The notes beneath the pieces were generated by a model. That model saw only the letters and a list, made by a program, of their open reading frames with translations, was not told the DNA's origin and did not search any database. Source: Pelagomonas calceolata (lineage: Eukaryota). From it: a DNA stretch of 64,000 nt. A program made the position numbers and the translations under genes. The first letter of the stretch is position 1. Each line of letters begins with the position of its first letter. This document shows positions 30,095-40,820 of the stretch, piece after piece. Location of the stretch: NCBI GenBank assembly GCA_918797485.1, contig CAKKNE010000003.1, positions 124,001-188,000 on the forward strand, read 5' to 3'.

Positions 30095-33000
30095 TTAGGT
30101 CGTGTCCGCGAGGTAGTCCACGTCGTCCCGCGTCGCGGGCCGGTTCGCCCTTAATGCATTCTTCACGAGCGCGGACTCCTCGGCGGTGAGCGACTTCTTC
30201 CCCAGTAGGTCCGTCAGCTGCTCCGGCGAGAGAGCGGGCGGCGTCGGCGGCGGCGGCGACGTCGGCGGCGGCGGCGACTCCATCAAAGGATAGGACATGG
30301 TAGTGGCCGCCGCCGCCTCCGCCGGCGGCAAATCGGCCGGCGTCTCGTCCTTCCGCTTCGAGCGCGCGGTGAAGAATTTGGGAGTCGCGACGCTTCGCGG
30401 CGTCGAGTGCTTGGGCGTCGAGGCCGCCTTCTTGGCGAGGATCGTCCCCTTGACCCAGCCGACGTGCTTGTCCACGGTCGCCTTGGCCCGCGACGACATG
30501 GACCTCTTCTCGGGCACGGCGGCGTTTCGCCGCTCCTCGAGCTCCCGCTGCAGCGACTGCAGCCCCGCGAAGCCCGACTCCGAGCTGGCCACGGACGACG
30601 TCGACGACCGCCCGCGGCCCGTCCTCCCCAAATCGACCTCGGCGAGCGTCCGCGTCGGGCTCTCGGCGCCGCGCGGCGGCGGCGGCGGCGGCCGCAGCGC
30701 GTCGTCGATGGCCGCGCGCAGCTTGGCGTTGTCCCCCTCCAGCTCGTCGGCGCGCCGTTTAGCTGCGTCGCCGGCCTCGCGCAACTGGGCGTTCTCGGCC
30801 TGGAGCGACGCGACGCTCCTCGCGAGGTCGGGCACCTTGTCCGCGCAGGCCTCGAGGGCCCGGACCTGCTTCTGCGCCTCGTCACGCTTCGTCGCGAGGG
30901 ATTTGCTCTGCTTATGCAGCGCGTCGATCTCGGTGGCCGCCTTCTTCACGCGCGCCTCGAGGGACCCCGGGCGCGCGCGCCTGCTTGTGTTCACTAAGAG
31001 CCGCGTCGCGCTCGGCGCGCAGTTTCTGAGACTGTTTGGTCAGCCCGTCTATTTCGGCGGCGGCCTTCTTAATGCGCGCCTCGAGCGCGCCGCCCGGCGC
31101 CGCGCCTTCTCGGCCTCCGCGGTCGCCGCGTCGCGCTCGGACCGCAGCTTCCCGCTCTGCTTGTTTAGAGCATCTATTTCGGCGCCCGACTTGGCGAGCC
31201 GCGCCTCGAGCGCGCCACGCGCCTCTTCGTGCGCGGCCGCGAGGCCGTCGGCCCGCTGGGTCGCCGCGTCGCGCTCGGCCGCCAGCTTCTCCGTTGTTCG
31301 CGAGAATTTCGCCTCCAGCGCCTCGATCGTCTCGCGGCTTTTGCGTTGCTGCTTGGTTAGCGCCTCGACATCGGCACCGGCCTTCGCGGCAGCGTCGCGC
31401 TCGGCGCGCAGCGCGCCGTTCTGCTTGGTCAAAGCGTCGAGCTCGGCGGCCGCCTTCGCGAGGCGCGCTTGTAAAGTCTCGTTGTCGGCAGTCAGAGCGG
31501 GCACCTTACCCGCCTTGGCCTCGAGGTTCTTGAGTCGTGTTGTCGCCTCGTTCTGGCGCGACCGGAGCTCCTTGACTTCCGCCGACAGTTGGACGTTCTT
31601 CGTGGTCAGCTCAGTTGATGAAGACGCCTGCTCCTTGTGCTTCGCGGCGAGGTCGCGCGCCAATTTATTGGAAGCCTCGAGCTTGCGCTGGAGCTCCGTG
31701 TGCTTACTGTTGGCGGCCTCGAGCTGCGTCTTCTCCTTGGCGTGCGAAGCCTCCAACGCCGACACGCTCCGCTTCATGTCCTCGCCGGCCTTCGTGAGCT
31801 TGGCGTTCGCCTGCTGGAGCGCCGCGCGCTCGTCCATCAATTTCTTCGCCTTGGCCTCGAGCGCGTCGACGCGGCGCCGGCCCTCGTCGACGGCGCTGCG
31901 GAGCTCGGCCCGTTCTTGGGAGAGCGTGACGTTTTTTGTGGATAGATCCGACGCCTGGCCGGCGCGCTGCTCGGCCTTCTTGCGGAGGTCGGCGTTCGCG
32001 GCCGCGAGCTGCTCGAGCTGCGTCTGCGCGTCGGCGTGGGACCTCTTTAAAGAATCGTGGTCGTCCGCGAGCTTGGAGTGCCGCGTCGCCTGCGCGTCGA
32101 GGTCGGCGCGGACCTTCGCGAGTTTCTCCTGCGCGGCGGCGATCTGCGTCTTGGCCGCGCCCGTCGCGGCGGCCTCGGCCTTGGCCGCGGCCTCGGCGTC
32201 CGCGGCGCGCTTCTGGGCGGCGGCGGCCGTTGCTGGGCTGCGGCCTCGGCCGTCGCTTTGGCCGCGCCTATGCTTTTTCATGCGTCGCAGCGCGCGCGAG
32301 CGCTCGGCGTTCGTGCGTCTCGGCCGCGACCTTCACCGCCGCCTCGGCGTGCTGGGCCGCTGCCTCGGCCTTCGCGAGCTCGCGTTTATGGGACTCGGTG
32401 AGCTCCCGGATTTTTTGCTGGGAGTCGGCCGCAAGCGCCGCGTTCGCGTTCATCGCGGCGTTCTCCGAGTCCTGCCGCGCCCGCCGGTGGTTCTCGGCCA
32501 TCGCCGCGGCGGTCGCCTCGAGCTCCCGGACCCGGTTTGAGGACTGCCGGTGCTGCTCGTCGAGGTCGCGGATCCGTTTGCTCGTCGCGACGCGCTCGGC
32601 GGACGCGCGCTCCGCCGCGGCGCGCAGCTCCGCCTCGGCCGCCGCTGCCGCCGCGACGGCGGGCTCCGCCGCGGCCGCCTGCTTCTTGAGCTTCGCGTTC
32701 TCGGCCAGCAGATAGGCGTTGTCGCGCGGCAGCCGCTCCGCCTTCACTCTCAGCTTCTCGTAGTCCTCGCGCAACGATTCGCCGTCGCGCCGCGCCGCCT
32801 CGGCCGCGAGGCGCGCCGTCGCGAGCTTCTCCCGCGCTTCCGTTAGTTCCGATTGAGCCCGCTCCTCGTCGCCCTTGAGCTGCGCATTCGCGACGCGCAG
32901 TTTCGCGATTTTGGAAGCGTCGTCGTCGTCGTGGCGGTGCACCAATGTAAAGGCGTCGACGCACTCCACGGATTGCTGGACGGCCTTGTCCGCGCTCGCC

Positions 33001-33257
33001 GGTAAGAGCAATTTGGGCTTGGGCCTGGGCTTGGGCTTGGGCTTGGGCGGCGCCGGCGCGGGCCGGTGCTCGAGCTCGAGCCATTTCGCGAGGAAGGGTT
33101 TGGGCTTTTGCGACTTTTCGCGTCTCTTTGCCGGCGGCACGCCCCAGGGGCGCGGGCTGGGCTGCACCGGTTGTCTCCATGGCTTCGGTTTCGTCCGGCG
33201 GCGCGGGCTTCTAGGCGGGACCTGGGGGCCCGGCGACGGCTCGCAGGAGAAGTGCAT
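30095..33257 (-). CDS. Long coiled-coil protein (three ORFs joined by apparent frameshifts)
   Basis: ORFs 32268-33257, 31049-32281 and 30095-30994 are consecutive A/E/K/L/R-rich heptad sequences. Confidence 0.7.
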
Positions 33258-33713
33258 GGTTGTTCCTCTGCTGATCTATGCCGGTGCGTTTCGCCGCCCA
33301 GAGATATATAGCCCCCGCGCTGCGGGCGTCTTGTTGTTGGCTGTTGCCCCAACACAAAAGGCTGCCCGCCGAGTCACGGAGCCGCGAGGCGTTGTCGAGG
33401 GCTTGTTGTGCTTCACGTGTGTACGCTCTATCGTGCGTTTACCATCGTGTGTGCAGCCCTATTGATCTGATTCCAAACAACCAAAAGCTAGTACTCTTGT
33501 ACGCTAGCCAGTAGCCCTGGCTGGGCGTGGGGCGGTACAGCACAGCTTGTGATAGCTCTTAACTTGCGTAGCACATCGCCGCGAGGTGACCGATAAAGGC
33601 CTGAAGCGAAACAGCACGCCGGGCACGCGTGCGGTGAGTGGTGAGCAGCCACACGAGACAGCTCCATATTAGTGGTGCCAATAAAGCTACGCACAAATAC
33701 GCAGAGCGCAAGA

Positions 33714-34626
33714 ATGTCGTCGATGGCGTCGCGCGCCGTGCGCCAACGGGCCATAGCCGAGATGTTCAAAGACGTCGAGCGCCGCTGGGGCAATCTGGAC
33801 CGGCTGCTGCGGCCAGACTTACGAGTAGAGCGCAGCGCCGCGCTGTCGACGCAATCATTGAGACGCCTCTTCGCGCTGGAGACGCTGGCATTAGTAATTC
33901 CAAACTTTGTACAAAGACCGGAGCCGCTTGCCGACGCGATCCAACAAGCGGGCGAGACGGCCCGGAACTGGTCGGTCACCTCGGCGCGCGGCATGGAGTC
34001 CTCGGACGTAAAAGCTGTGGGCGGCACGCCCTACAATATGTGCGTCGCGTCCGGCGACACGGAGCGGTATTTTGTGGAGGACGTCCCAAACGCGAAGAAA
34101 TGGGTGAGGAGTCTGCCGGGCGGCGACGCGTTGGATCGGCTGCGCTGCGATTTAGACGATGCCTGGCCGGGCGGCTGCTCGGCGAAGAAGGATGACGCGG
34201 GCCGCGCGCACCACGTCGGGTTAGGAAGGGTCATGGCGGGCCCCAACGGTCGCGGGCGTGCACGTCGACGAGTTGGCGCCGATGTCTCCTTCGAAAGGCC
34301 ACTTCTCGGCGAATTTATACCTGAAATTGCCATCGGAGGGCGGGCATCTGGAGCTGTGGCCGCTGCAGTTTGAAAATAGGTGGGAGTTTTATACGAACGC
34401 GCACACTCTTTCCAAACTCGTCTCCATCGATGAAGACGCGCAGCGGGAGCTGCGGGCGCGCCTGCCGCCGCCAATCGTGCTGGAGGTGGCGCCGGGCGAT
34501 TTGGTGATGTTGTCGGTGCAGCGGCCGCACGCGGTCCAGGGCTGGACGTCTGGCGATAGCCGCGCGTCGCTCCAGTCATTCGTGAATTTTGCTGGTGATG
34601 ATGCCGCGTTGACGTTGGAGGCTTAA
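33714..34626 (+). CDS. 2OG-Fe(II) oxygenase-like protein (frameshift near 34240)
   Basis: HVD...FSANLYL..PSEGGHLELW...PGDLVM...RPHAV...RASLQSF. Confidence 0.75.
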
Positions 34627-34983
34627 CTTTGTTCTGTTGTGTTTTTCTCCAGTGTTTTTCCTGGGAGGCGGCCGCTCGCGGCGCGACGCCGGGCCGGCTC
34701 CTCGGCGTCTTAAGCTCCCGGATTGGTCCTGCGAGACGGACAGGAGATGGAACTGATGCGCAAACCCGTGCTATGCACGAGGGGACGCCGCATCGCGCAG
34801 CGCTAGTACATAAAGACACTAGGAGAGCAAGCACCCGAAACTGCTGCCGCCTGTCACGACCCACGCTGTTGGCCAGCGCTCCACGTTTGCACTGATTGAA
34901 GGCGCCAAACACTCATACTCTTCAGGAGGCAGCTGCACGGCACCTCAGCACGCCATCGCTGCGCACCAGCACCGCACACAAGC

Positions 34984-36102
34984 ATGGTTGCTACTCGCCG
35001 CCAGCGCGCCGCCGAGCAGGCCGCAGACCTCGCCGTCGAGCTGAGCCCGCCGGCGAGCCCGAGCGGCACGATGTCGCGGTCCTCGTCAATGGAGAGCCTC
35101 ACCAACTCCATACGGAGGACGAAGAACCGCGTCAAGGAGACCGTAAGGAGAAAAAAGAAGCAGGTCAAGGACAAGGTAAAGCGCACGAAAAAACAAGTTA
35201 AGGAAAAAATAAAGAAACAGAAAGCAAAAATAGACAAGATTTTGGATCGTGACGCGTGGTGGACGTCCCTCGGATACGACCCGGCCGTCAAAGCGAGGAG
35301 CGTGCGCTGGGTCCAGCGCGGCGTGTTCTGCGTCGTGGTTTCACTACTACTAGCGTCGCGGTCCTTCGCCCAACCTTCCGTGGACGTGCCTTTCTCGTCG
35401 TATCGATGCGTCGCCTCGGCTTTCTTACTACTTTGTGGTGGCTCATCTTTATTTACGGACACATGGCGCAATCCCCCACCGGAAAAAGGGTCGGACTCGC
35501 ACGCCTGCGCGTCGACATTGGGTCCGTACGCCTTCTTCACGAAGCAAGCTTTGACCATACAGACGTCGCACCTCATCGTGAGCTGCCTGGCGGAGTTTCG
35601 CGTGGCTTCGGGTAAACTGCTCGCGCTGACGCACTTCTTCGCGCCGTTTGCTGCTGTTGTGGCGGTCTCCCTGACGCTCTTGTACCTGAAGCTGAACTGG
35701 TTTGAAGAAACGTGGCGCCGCGAGGTCTTGGAGGCCACGAACGCGCGCGGCGTGCGCTTCACGGAGATTACATTGGTGAGCCACCTGCCGCCGTTGCCGG
35801 TGGCGATCCTCGACTGCTTCCTCGCGAAGCGGCCGGGCGTCTTCCCGCTTTCTATGAGAAACGTGATGAATGTGGCGTTGTTTGCGTCGTGCTATTGTGC
35901 TTCCTACTGCCTGTTGACGCTGATGAACTACAAGTTAGTAGGACGGTACCCGTACCCGTTCATGCGCGCGTTGAAGCGCCCGTGGCACTGGCTCGCTTTT
36001 TTAATGGGCCTGCTGGTCCTCGCGAACCTCGTGATCCTGCCTTTACTTTTATTCTGCTCGCGGCGAACCCGACGTAAGTTTATCGCATATTGTGGCTCGT
36101 AG
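34984..36102 (+). CDS. FAR-17a/AIG1-like multi-pass membrane protein
   Basis: About six TM segments with YAFFT, a His/Asp-containing helix (SHLPPLPVAILD) and a YPYPFM loop. Confidence 0.65.
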   Translation: MVATRRQRAAEQAADLAVELSPPASPSGTMSRSSSMESLTNSIRRTKNRVKETVRRKKKQVKDKVKRTKKQVKEKIKKQKAKIDKILDRDAWWTSLGYDPAVKARSVRWVQRGVFCVVVSLLLASRSFAQPSVDVPFSSYRCVASAFLLLCGGSSLFTDTWRNPPPEKGSDSHACASTLGPYAFFTKQALTIQTSHLIVSCLAEFRVASGKLLALTHFFAPFAAVVAVSLTLLYLKLNWFEETWRREVLEATNARGVRFTEITLVSHLPPLPVAILDCFLAKRPGVFPLSMRNVMNVALFASCYCASYCLLTLMNYKLVGRYPYPFMRALKRPWHWLAFLMGLLVLANLVILPLLLFCSRRTRRKFIAYCGS

Positions 36103-36299
36103 TCCTGGGTCGCCTCTCTTGTAGATACCTCCCCAAATCCAGCGATTCCGTTTCGCTAGTGTCTTTATGGCCGCTAGTTATCTCGCTCAGATTGGCAGAA
36201 CCAGAACCACGCGCTGTGCTCGCCCTCACGGGCATCGGAGACTGTGCACAAAGCGTGCAAAGCTGACAACATAGCCCTGCAGACCAGATCACCCTCACC

Positions 36300-36982
36300 A
36301 TGTCTACGCGTATCCTGCTCGCATCCCTAGCTGCTGTGGCCCAAGGGCTGGTCAGCCGGCGAGACCGAGTCGCCTCGCGCCCCTGGCGGCCTACAACAAG
36401 TGGACCGACAGCTACGATACGAATAAATTAAAAGGCGCAGCGTCCAAGTTCGTCAACAAGGACGGCCGCCTCTACGCGCCGTGGCTCGAGCAACAGGTCG
36501 ACGACGCGGCGACGGCGCGCAGTAGATCGGAGCGAGAACAGCGTACCAAGCAGAAATACGCAAAAGCTGCGGCCGACGGCCTGATCGGGATGTCGATCGA
36601 AGGCGCGTCCGCCGAGCTGGGCGGCGGCGGCCTGCGCATGAACGCGAAGGTCGTCGAGACGCCTGCTACCGCGGAGGAGCACGGCCACGTCCAGCTGAGC
36701 TGGAGCAACAAAGGCGGCAACATCAGTATCGAAAAGAAGCAGGGCGGCTCGTGGCGCTCGATCGCGTCGCGCGCCAGTTCGCCCGTGATCGACTCGGACG
36801 CCGCCGTCGGCGAGCAGCTCTACCGAGCGAAGAACGGCCGGGACGTCGTCGCGCAGATCGGCATCTTGATCGAGTCAAAAGACCAGCAAAGCGGCTCGAT
36901 GATGATCCTCGGCGGCCTCGGCGCCGTCTTGCTCCTGGCCTTCGCGGTCAGGATGAGTGAGGGGACGCGATCGAGCGTCTGA
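36300..36982 (+). CDS. Hypothetical protein with signal peptide and C-terminal TM (frameshifted)
   Basis: MSTRILLASLAAVAQG start at 36300; ORF 36590-36982 ends in a hydrophobic helix. Confidence 0.5.
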
Positions 36983-37012
36983 GGTTCCCAGGACTAACGA
37001 TCTCCGGTGTTT

Positions 37013-37783
37013 CTAACTGGTGCGCTTAGGCAGGAGTGGGCGCGGCGCGAGCAGTCTCACTTGAAGGGCAGCAGCGACGCCGAGGAGAGCCGGCGTGACC
37101 GCGACGAGGAGCCGCTTGCCGAACTTGGTTTGCGTCGCCACCGTGCTGTCTTTAGGAATCGTGCACATCGGCGGCGGCTTGATCCAAGCGAGTTTGGGCC
37201 ACGGAAAGCACAGCGCCCCCTTGGGGCACGCTTTCTCCTCCTTCGGTGCCTTCTCGGACTTATTCGTGCGGCAGGCAGCTTCGCTTGGCTTCCTCGCGCC
37301 CAGATGAGGAAGATAGCCTCCATTGTCCCCATCCTTCAGACTCACCTTCTTCTCTTTGAGGGTCTTCGCGATCTCCTCTTCCAGGAACATCTCGACGAGT
37401 TCGTTTGACGGCGTCGACGTGAACAGCCGCGAAAGAAATCCGCGGCGGCGCAATTTCTTCTTCATGCGCGGCAGGCCTGTCTTGACCATCTTGGTGAACT
37501 CATCACAATCGATCTCTTTCGCGGCCTTCTCATCTCTGTCGAGGTGGAGCCATACGCAGTACTTAGCCGTCTCGCTCGCTTTCTCGCGCAACGAGTCCTT
37601 GAGTCCCTGGCGGTCGTCTTCGGCCGCACTGGCCGCTTCCCGGACAGTATTGAGAGCCGGCAGTAGGGCGGTAATGCCGATGTTCCTTGCCGAGGCCAAT
37701 GATTTGGCCTTGGAGAAGAGGGAGAGCAATGGGTTCGCCGAGCAGGCGGCAAAGACGCCTAGCAGATGCGCTAAGAGCCTCAT
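37013..37783 (-). CDS. Hypothetical protein with signal peptide
   Basis: 256-aa ORF, MRLLAHLLGVFAACSA N-terminus, hydrophobic segment near the C-terminus. Confidence 0.65.
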   Translation of the reverse strand: MRLLAHLLGVFAACSANPLLSLFSKAKSLASARNIGITALLPALNTVREAASAAEDDRQGLKDSLREKASETAKYCVWLHLDRDEKAAKEIDCDEFTKMVKTGLPRMKKKLRRRGFLSRLFTSTPSNELVEMFLEEEIAKTLKEKKVSLKDGDNGGYLPHLGARKPSEAACRTNKSEKAPKEEKACPKGALCFPWPKLAWIKPPPMCTIPKDSTVATQTKFGKRLLVAVTPALLGVAAALQVRLLAPRPLLPKRTS

Positions 37784-37959
37784 GATGCTCGCGCCAACGT
37801 CCGACGGTCCGAGACGCCCGAGAAGCCTTGTAAAACCTCGATTGCACTGCGTAAGTCTGCGTAATCAATGGAAAAACCCGCATCCAAGCGGGAGATAGGG
37901 GGACGCCGCGACGTAATAGCCTGGGCCTGACAAGAAGAGAGAAGACAAAAATAGTCACA

Positions 37960-39165
37960 CTAAGAATTCCTACTCCAAGACGCCGGCAAGACCGCGCCAG
38001 CCCCGCGCGCCGGGTACACGGCCACGCGGTCCGCGGCGGTCCGCAACAGCGTTTCCAGCTCAGCATTGGGCGCCGCGTAGAACGCATCCAACGCCGCGCG
38101 CGTCGACGTTAGTAGAGGCCGCGGCGAGTGGCGCCGCACCATCATCGCGTTATGTCGCATGTACGTCGCCTTGGCCCAGCCCGTGATTCCGGGCTCGCGC
38201 AGCTGGTCCCTTCCTAAAGCGTCCGTGAACGTTCTCAGGGAACTAAAGTCGAAGCGCTCGAGCCCGAGCCACTGGACCACGGCGTCGAGCAGTTTTGATG
38301 GATCCTTCATCGCTGTCTCGGACATGATAACTAAAAGACGGGCATCGTCGAAGCCCAGCGCGCGCACCTGCTTGATTTGATCCGCGTAGAGGCCCCACGT
38401 CACGAGGCGCGTCTGGGTGTTCGTCACAACGCCTTTATCAACTCGTAGGAAGGCCTCGAAGTCCTCGGGCGCGCAGGGCGCCGCGAGGGGCCGCCCCGTC
38501 ACGTCCTCCTCGAGGGCGAACTTGGGACCTTCGTAAAATCTTCCCTTCCTACAGTGGTGCTGGTACGCCGAATAGGCCCTAGATGACGGGTCGCGCAGCA
38601 TGAAGATTAATGACACGGACGGGATCAAACTGTATATACTTTTGAGGGCCGTGGCGTTCGGCAGGTAGTCCGGCGTCTTCTCGTACGTGATCAAAGCAGA
38701 AGGCGTCGCAAAATTATCGAGGTACGTCGAGCGCCACTCATGTAGATTCTGGAGCTTGTCGAAGTAATGAACTTCTTTCCCACCGCCCTGCGCCAATGAA
38801 GGGTGCGCGGCGAGGCGCTGCCGCAGCCAGCCGGTCGCGGCTTTCTGGGCCCCGGCCACAATAAACGAGGGCAGACAGCGCAGCGGCTTCTTCGGCTCGT
38901 CGATGCAAAAGCCCGCGTCGACGGCTTGTGCGCAGACCTTGCCTTTCAGTATTGGCCGCGCGCCCGCGATGGTCGCGCCGCGGCGCGTCACTTCGATCTT
39001 GTCCGGGCACGCGCCGTAGGTCGCGGTGGCGATTTTTGTTTGCGTTTCTGCTGGTTTAAAGTCGAGCAGGAAGAAGAAGGCGAGCAAGGCGGCTGTCGCG
39101 ACGAATGCGGCGCGGCGCCGGAAGGCGGCGCGCAGGAATGCCTTGCGGGTCTCATTGCTGCCCAT
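37960..39165 (-). CDS. Type II membrane sulfotransferase (heparan-sulfate sulfotransferase-like)
   Basis: 5'-PSB IVAGAQKAATGWL, EVHYFD, YEKTPDY, 3'-PB LRDPSSRAYSAY; N-terminal TM anchor. Confidence 0.88.
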   Translation of the reverse strand: MGSNETRKAFLRAAFRRRAAFVATAALLAFFFLLDFKPAETQTKIATATYGACPDKIEVTRRGATIAGARPILKGKVCAQAVDAGFCIDEPKKPLRCLPSFIVAGAQKAATGWLRQRLAAHPSLAQGGGKEVHYFDKLQNLHEWRSTYLDNFATPSALITYEKTPDYLPNATALKSIYSLIPSVSLIFMLRDPSSRAYSAYQHHCRKGRFYEGPKFALEEDVTGRPLAAPCAPEDFEAFLRVDKGVVTNTQTRLVTWGLYADQIKQVRALGFDDARLLVIMSETAMKDPSKLLDAVVQWLGLERFDFSSLRTFTDALGRDQLREPGITGWAKATYMRHNAMMVRRHSPRPLLTSTRAALDAFYAAPNAELETLLRTAADRVAVYPARGAGAVLPASWSRNS

Positions 39166-39318
39166 GCCGCTGCTCCTGATGCCACTGCTCCTGACCAGCA
39201 GGACTGCGTGGAGATGTTGGCCACCGCTGCGCCGCGGCCAGCAGGTCTGCGTGGAGCTGCGTGGTAGCGCAGGAGCCCTGAAATCAATCTGCCGTTGGTC
39301 AGCCGCTTTGTATAGCTG

Positions 39319-39342
39319 GCTAGTGTCTTACAGGACGCTAGC
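39319..39342. promoter_or_regulatory. CTAG-N14-CTAG motif in a divergent promoter
   Basis: gctagtgtcttacaggacgctagc, the reverse complement of the 1092 copy. Confidence 0.6.
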
Positions 39343-39471
39343 CTCGCGCCGCCGAGCCGCCACCAAACGCGAACATACTGCACAAACGGAGCGTTAAGAG
39401 TGCGCACTCTGCTGCTGCAAGCGCTCTCCTGCACCATTACTGCACTCTACGCATCGCTGTCGAGCGCTACC

Positions 39472-40500
39472 ATGCGCAGCCACCACGCGACGCTGTTGGT
39501 CATCGCTGCCGCAGCAGCCCTGACGCCGCTGCCGCCGGGCATAAATGCCTACGAGGTCGCGGCCGGCACGAGAAATCGACCCGCCGAAGCGCTGGCGCCG
39601 GTCGCATTACGGGCCATCGCTGCGGCCCGCGAAGCCAACGTGAAGCTGGGAGAGATTGAGTTTCCTGCGTTACTTGGCGAGAAGACGGCATTTGACGACG
39701 TCGACAACGTGCACATCTGTGTGGAAATCAACAAGTGCGTCGGGTGCCATCGATGGCGTGGAGGACGACGCGATGATTCAGCACGAACGCGCCGTAAAAT
39801 TTTGATTTCCACACAGGTGCAAATCCTCAACTGGAATCGGGACTGGTGCATGGCGTCGATGCAGCCGCTCGCGGGCGAGCTCGACGGCGAGCTGTGGCTC
39901 GCGTTCCCCGACCGCAAGGAGCTGGAGCTCGCGCGGGAGGAGTGGCCCGGCGCCGCGTACGCCAAGGCGACGCTCACGACGCTCGAAGACGCCGCCGAGG
40001 TCCTGAGCGGGTCGTCGGACCAGGCGTGGGGCGCGGCGTTCGCGCGCGCGGCGGAGGGGCTCCTCGGGACGTCGAACCTCGGCGCAAAACCGGAGACCAC
40101 GACGGCGCCGGCGCCCCAGGTCGTCGTCGCGGTCCAGCCCGGCGACGGAGGCCCGCTCGAGGACTGGTTGAATCTGGAGCGCTGCCAACCGAGCGACGGG
40201 TTGCTGGTGTCGGTCAACGGCGCGTTCGACAAACTGCGGGGCGGCTTCTACCCGCGCCCTTTATTTCCGAAGCTCGCGGAGTGCGTCGACCGCTTCGTCG
40301 TCGACGCCGAGGCGCTCGTGGTGCTGAAAAACGTCGCCGACAAGGGGCGGGCAGGATGGTTGTTTCGCGTCTACCCGGAGCCGTGGCAGCTCTTCGCGCA
40401 GGGCAAGGAGGCGTCTTTGCTCTTGGAGACGTATACGACGAGACCCGCGTACAACGACTGCGTCGCGACGCTGCTGAAGGCGGGACCTGTGGTGGCGTAA
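39472..40500 (+). CDS. DUF1995/LPA3-like putative plastid protein; in-frame intron 39709-39816
   Basis: Signal peptide; EIEFPAL, FPDRKE, VNGAFDKLRGGFYP, GWLFRVYPEPWQ. Confidence 0.75.
   Translation: MRSHHATLLVIAAAAALTPLPPGINAYEVAAGTRNRPAEALAPVALRAIAAAREANVKLGEIEFPALLGEKTAFDDVDNVHICVEINKCVGCHRWRGGRRDDSARTRRKILISTQVQILNWNRDWCMASMQPLAGELDGELWLAFPDRKELELAREEWPGAAYAKATLTTLEDAAEVLSGSSDQAWGAAFARAAEGLLGTSNLGAKPETTTAPAPQVVVAVQPGDGGPLEDWLNLERCQPSDGLLVSVNGAFDKLRGGFYPRPLFPKLAECVDRFVVDAEALVVLKNVADKGRAGWLFRVYPEPWQLFAQGKEASLLLETYTTRPAYNDCVATLLKAGPVVA
39717..39816. mobile_element. Introner element (100 bp), internal-deletion derivative of the 63369 family
   Basis: TIRs ctgtgtggaaatcaa / ttgatttccacacag; TSD gtgcacat (39709-16) / gtgcaaat (39817-24). 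Confidence 0.93.
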
Positions 40501-40566
40501 TTAATACTGTTGAATTGCCTCCTCTCCTCCGTTTCGCCAAAAGCTGTTCCCAGGACGGAGTCCGGC

Positions 40567-40654
40567 AAGAGAGAGAGAGTCACTTATTGTGCCCACCCCC
40601 AGGTAGTACGGACCCCGGGCGCTCGGCAACGCCTAGCGCCCGTAAGACACTAGC
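40567..40654. repeat. Dispersed ~90-bp repeat, copy 1 (ends in the CTAG motif at 40633-40654)
   Basis: (ga)n-gtcacttattgtgcccacccccaggtagtacggaccccgggcgct..., colinear with 56629-56717. Confidence 0.8.
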
Positions 40655-40820
40655 AAGCCGCAGATTTGGCAGGCTCCGTACGCTGCTAGACGCAATTGGT
40701 TACAGCCATTGGGCCTAGGTTACGCAGCAATACGCAGCCGCAGCCGATTTGCGATTTATGCGCTTGCCTCGACGCGCCGTTACCGCGATCAGAGCAGTCA
40801 CCTGGTAGGCCAGGAAAGCC

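Noticed and set aside
30297..32540. 747-aa plus-strand ORF and many other long antisense or shadow ORFs (e.g. 2364-3491, 27174-28076, 55109-56377)
   Set aside because: These are mirror frames of real genes; stop codons are scarce at this GC content, and the translations are S/A/R-rich without motifs.
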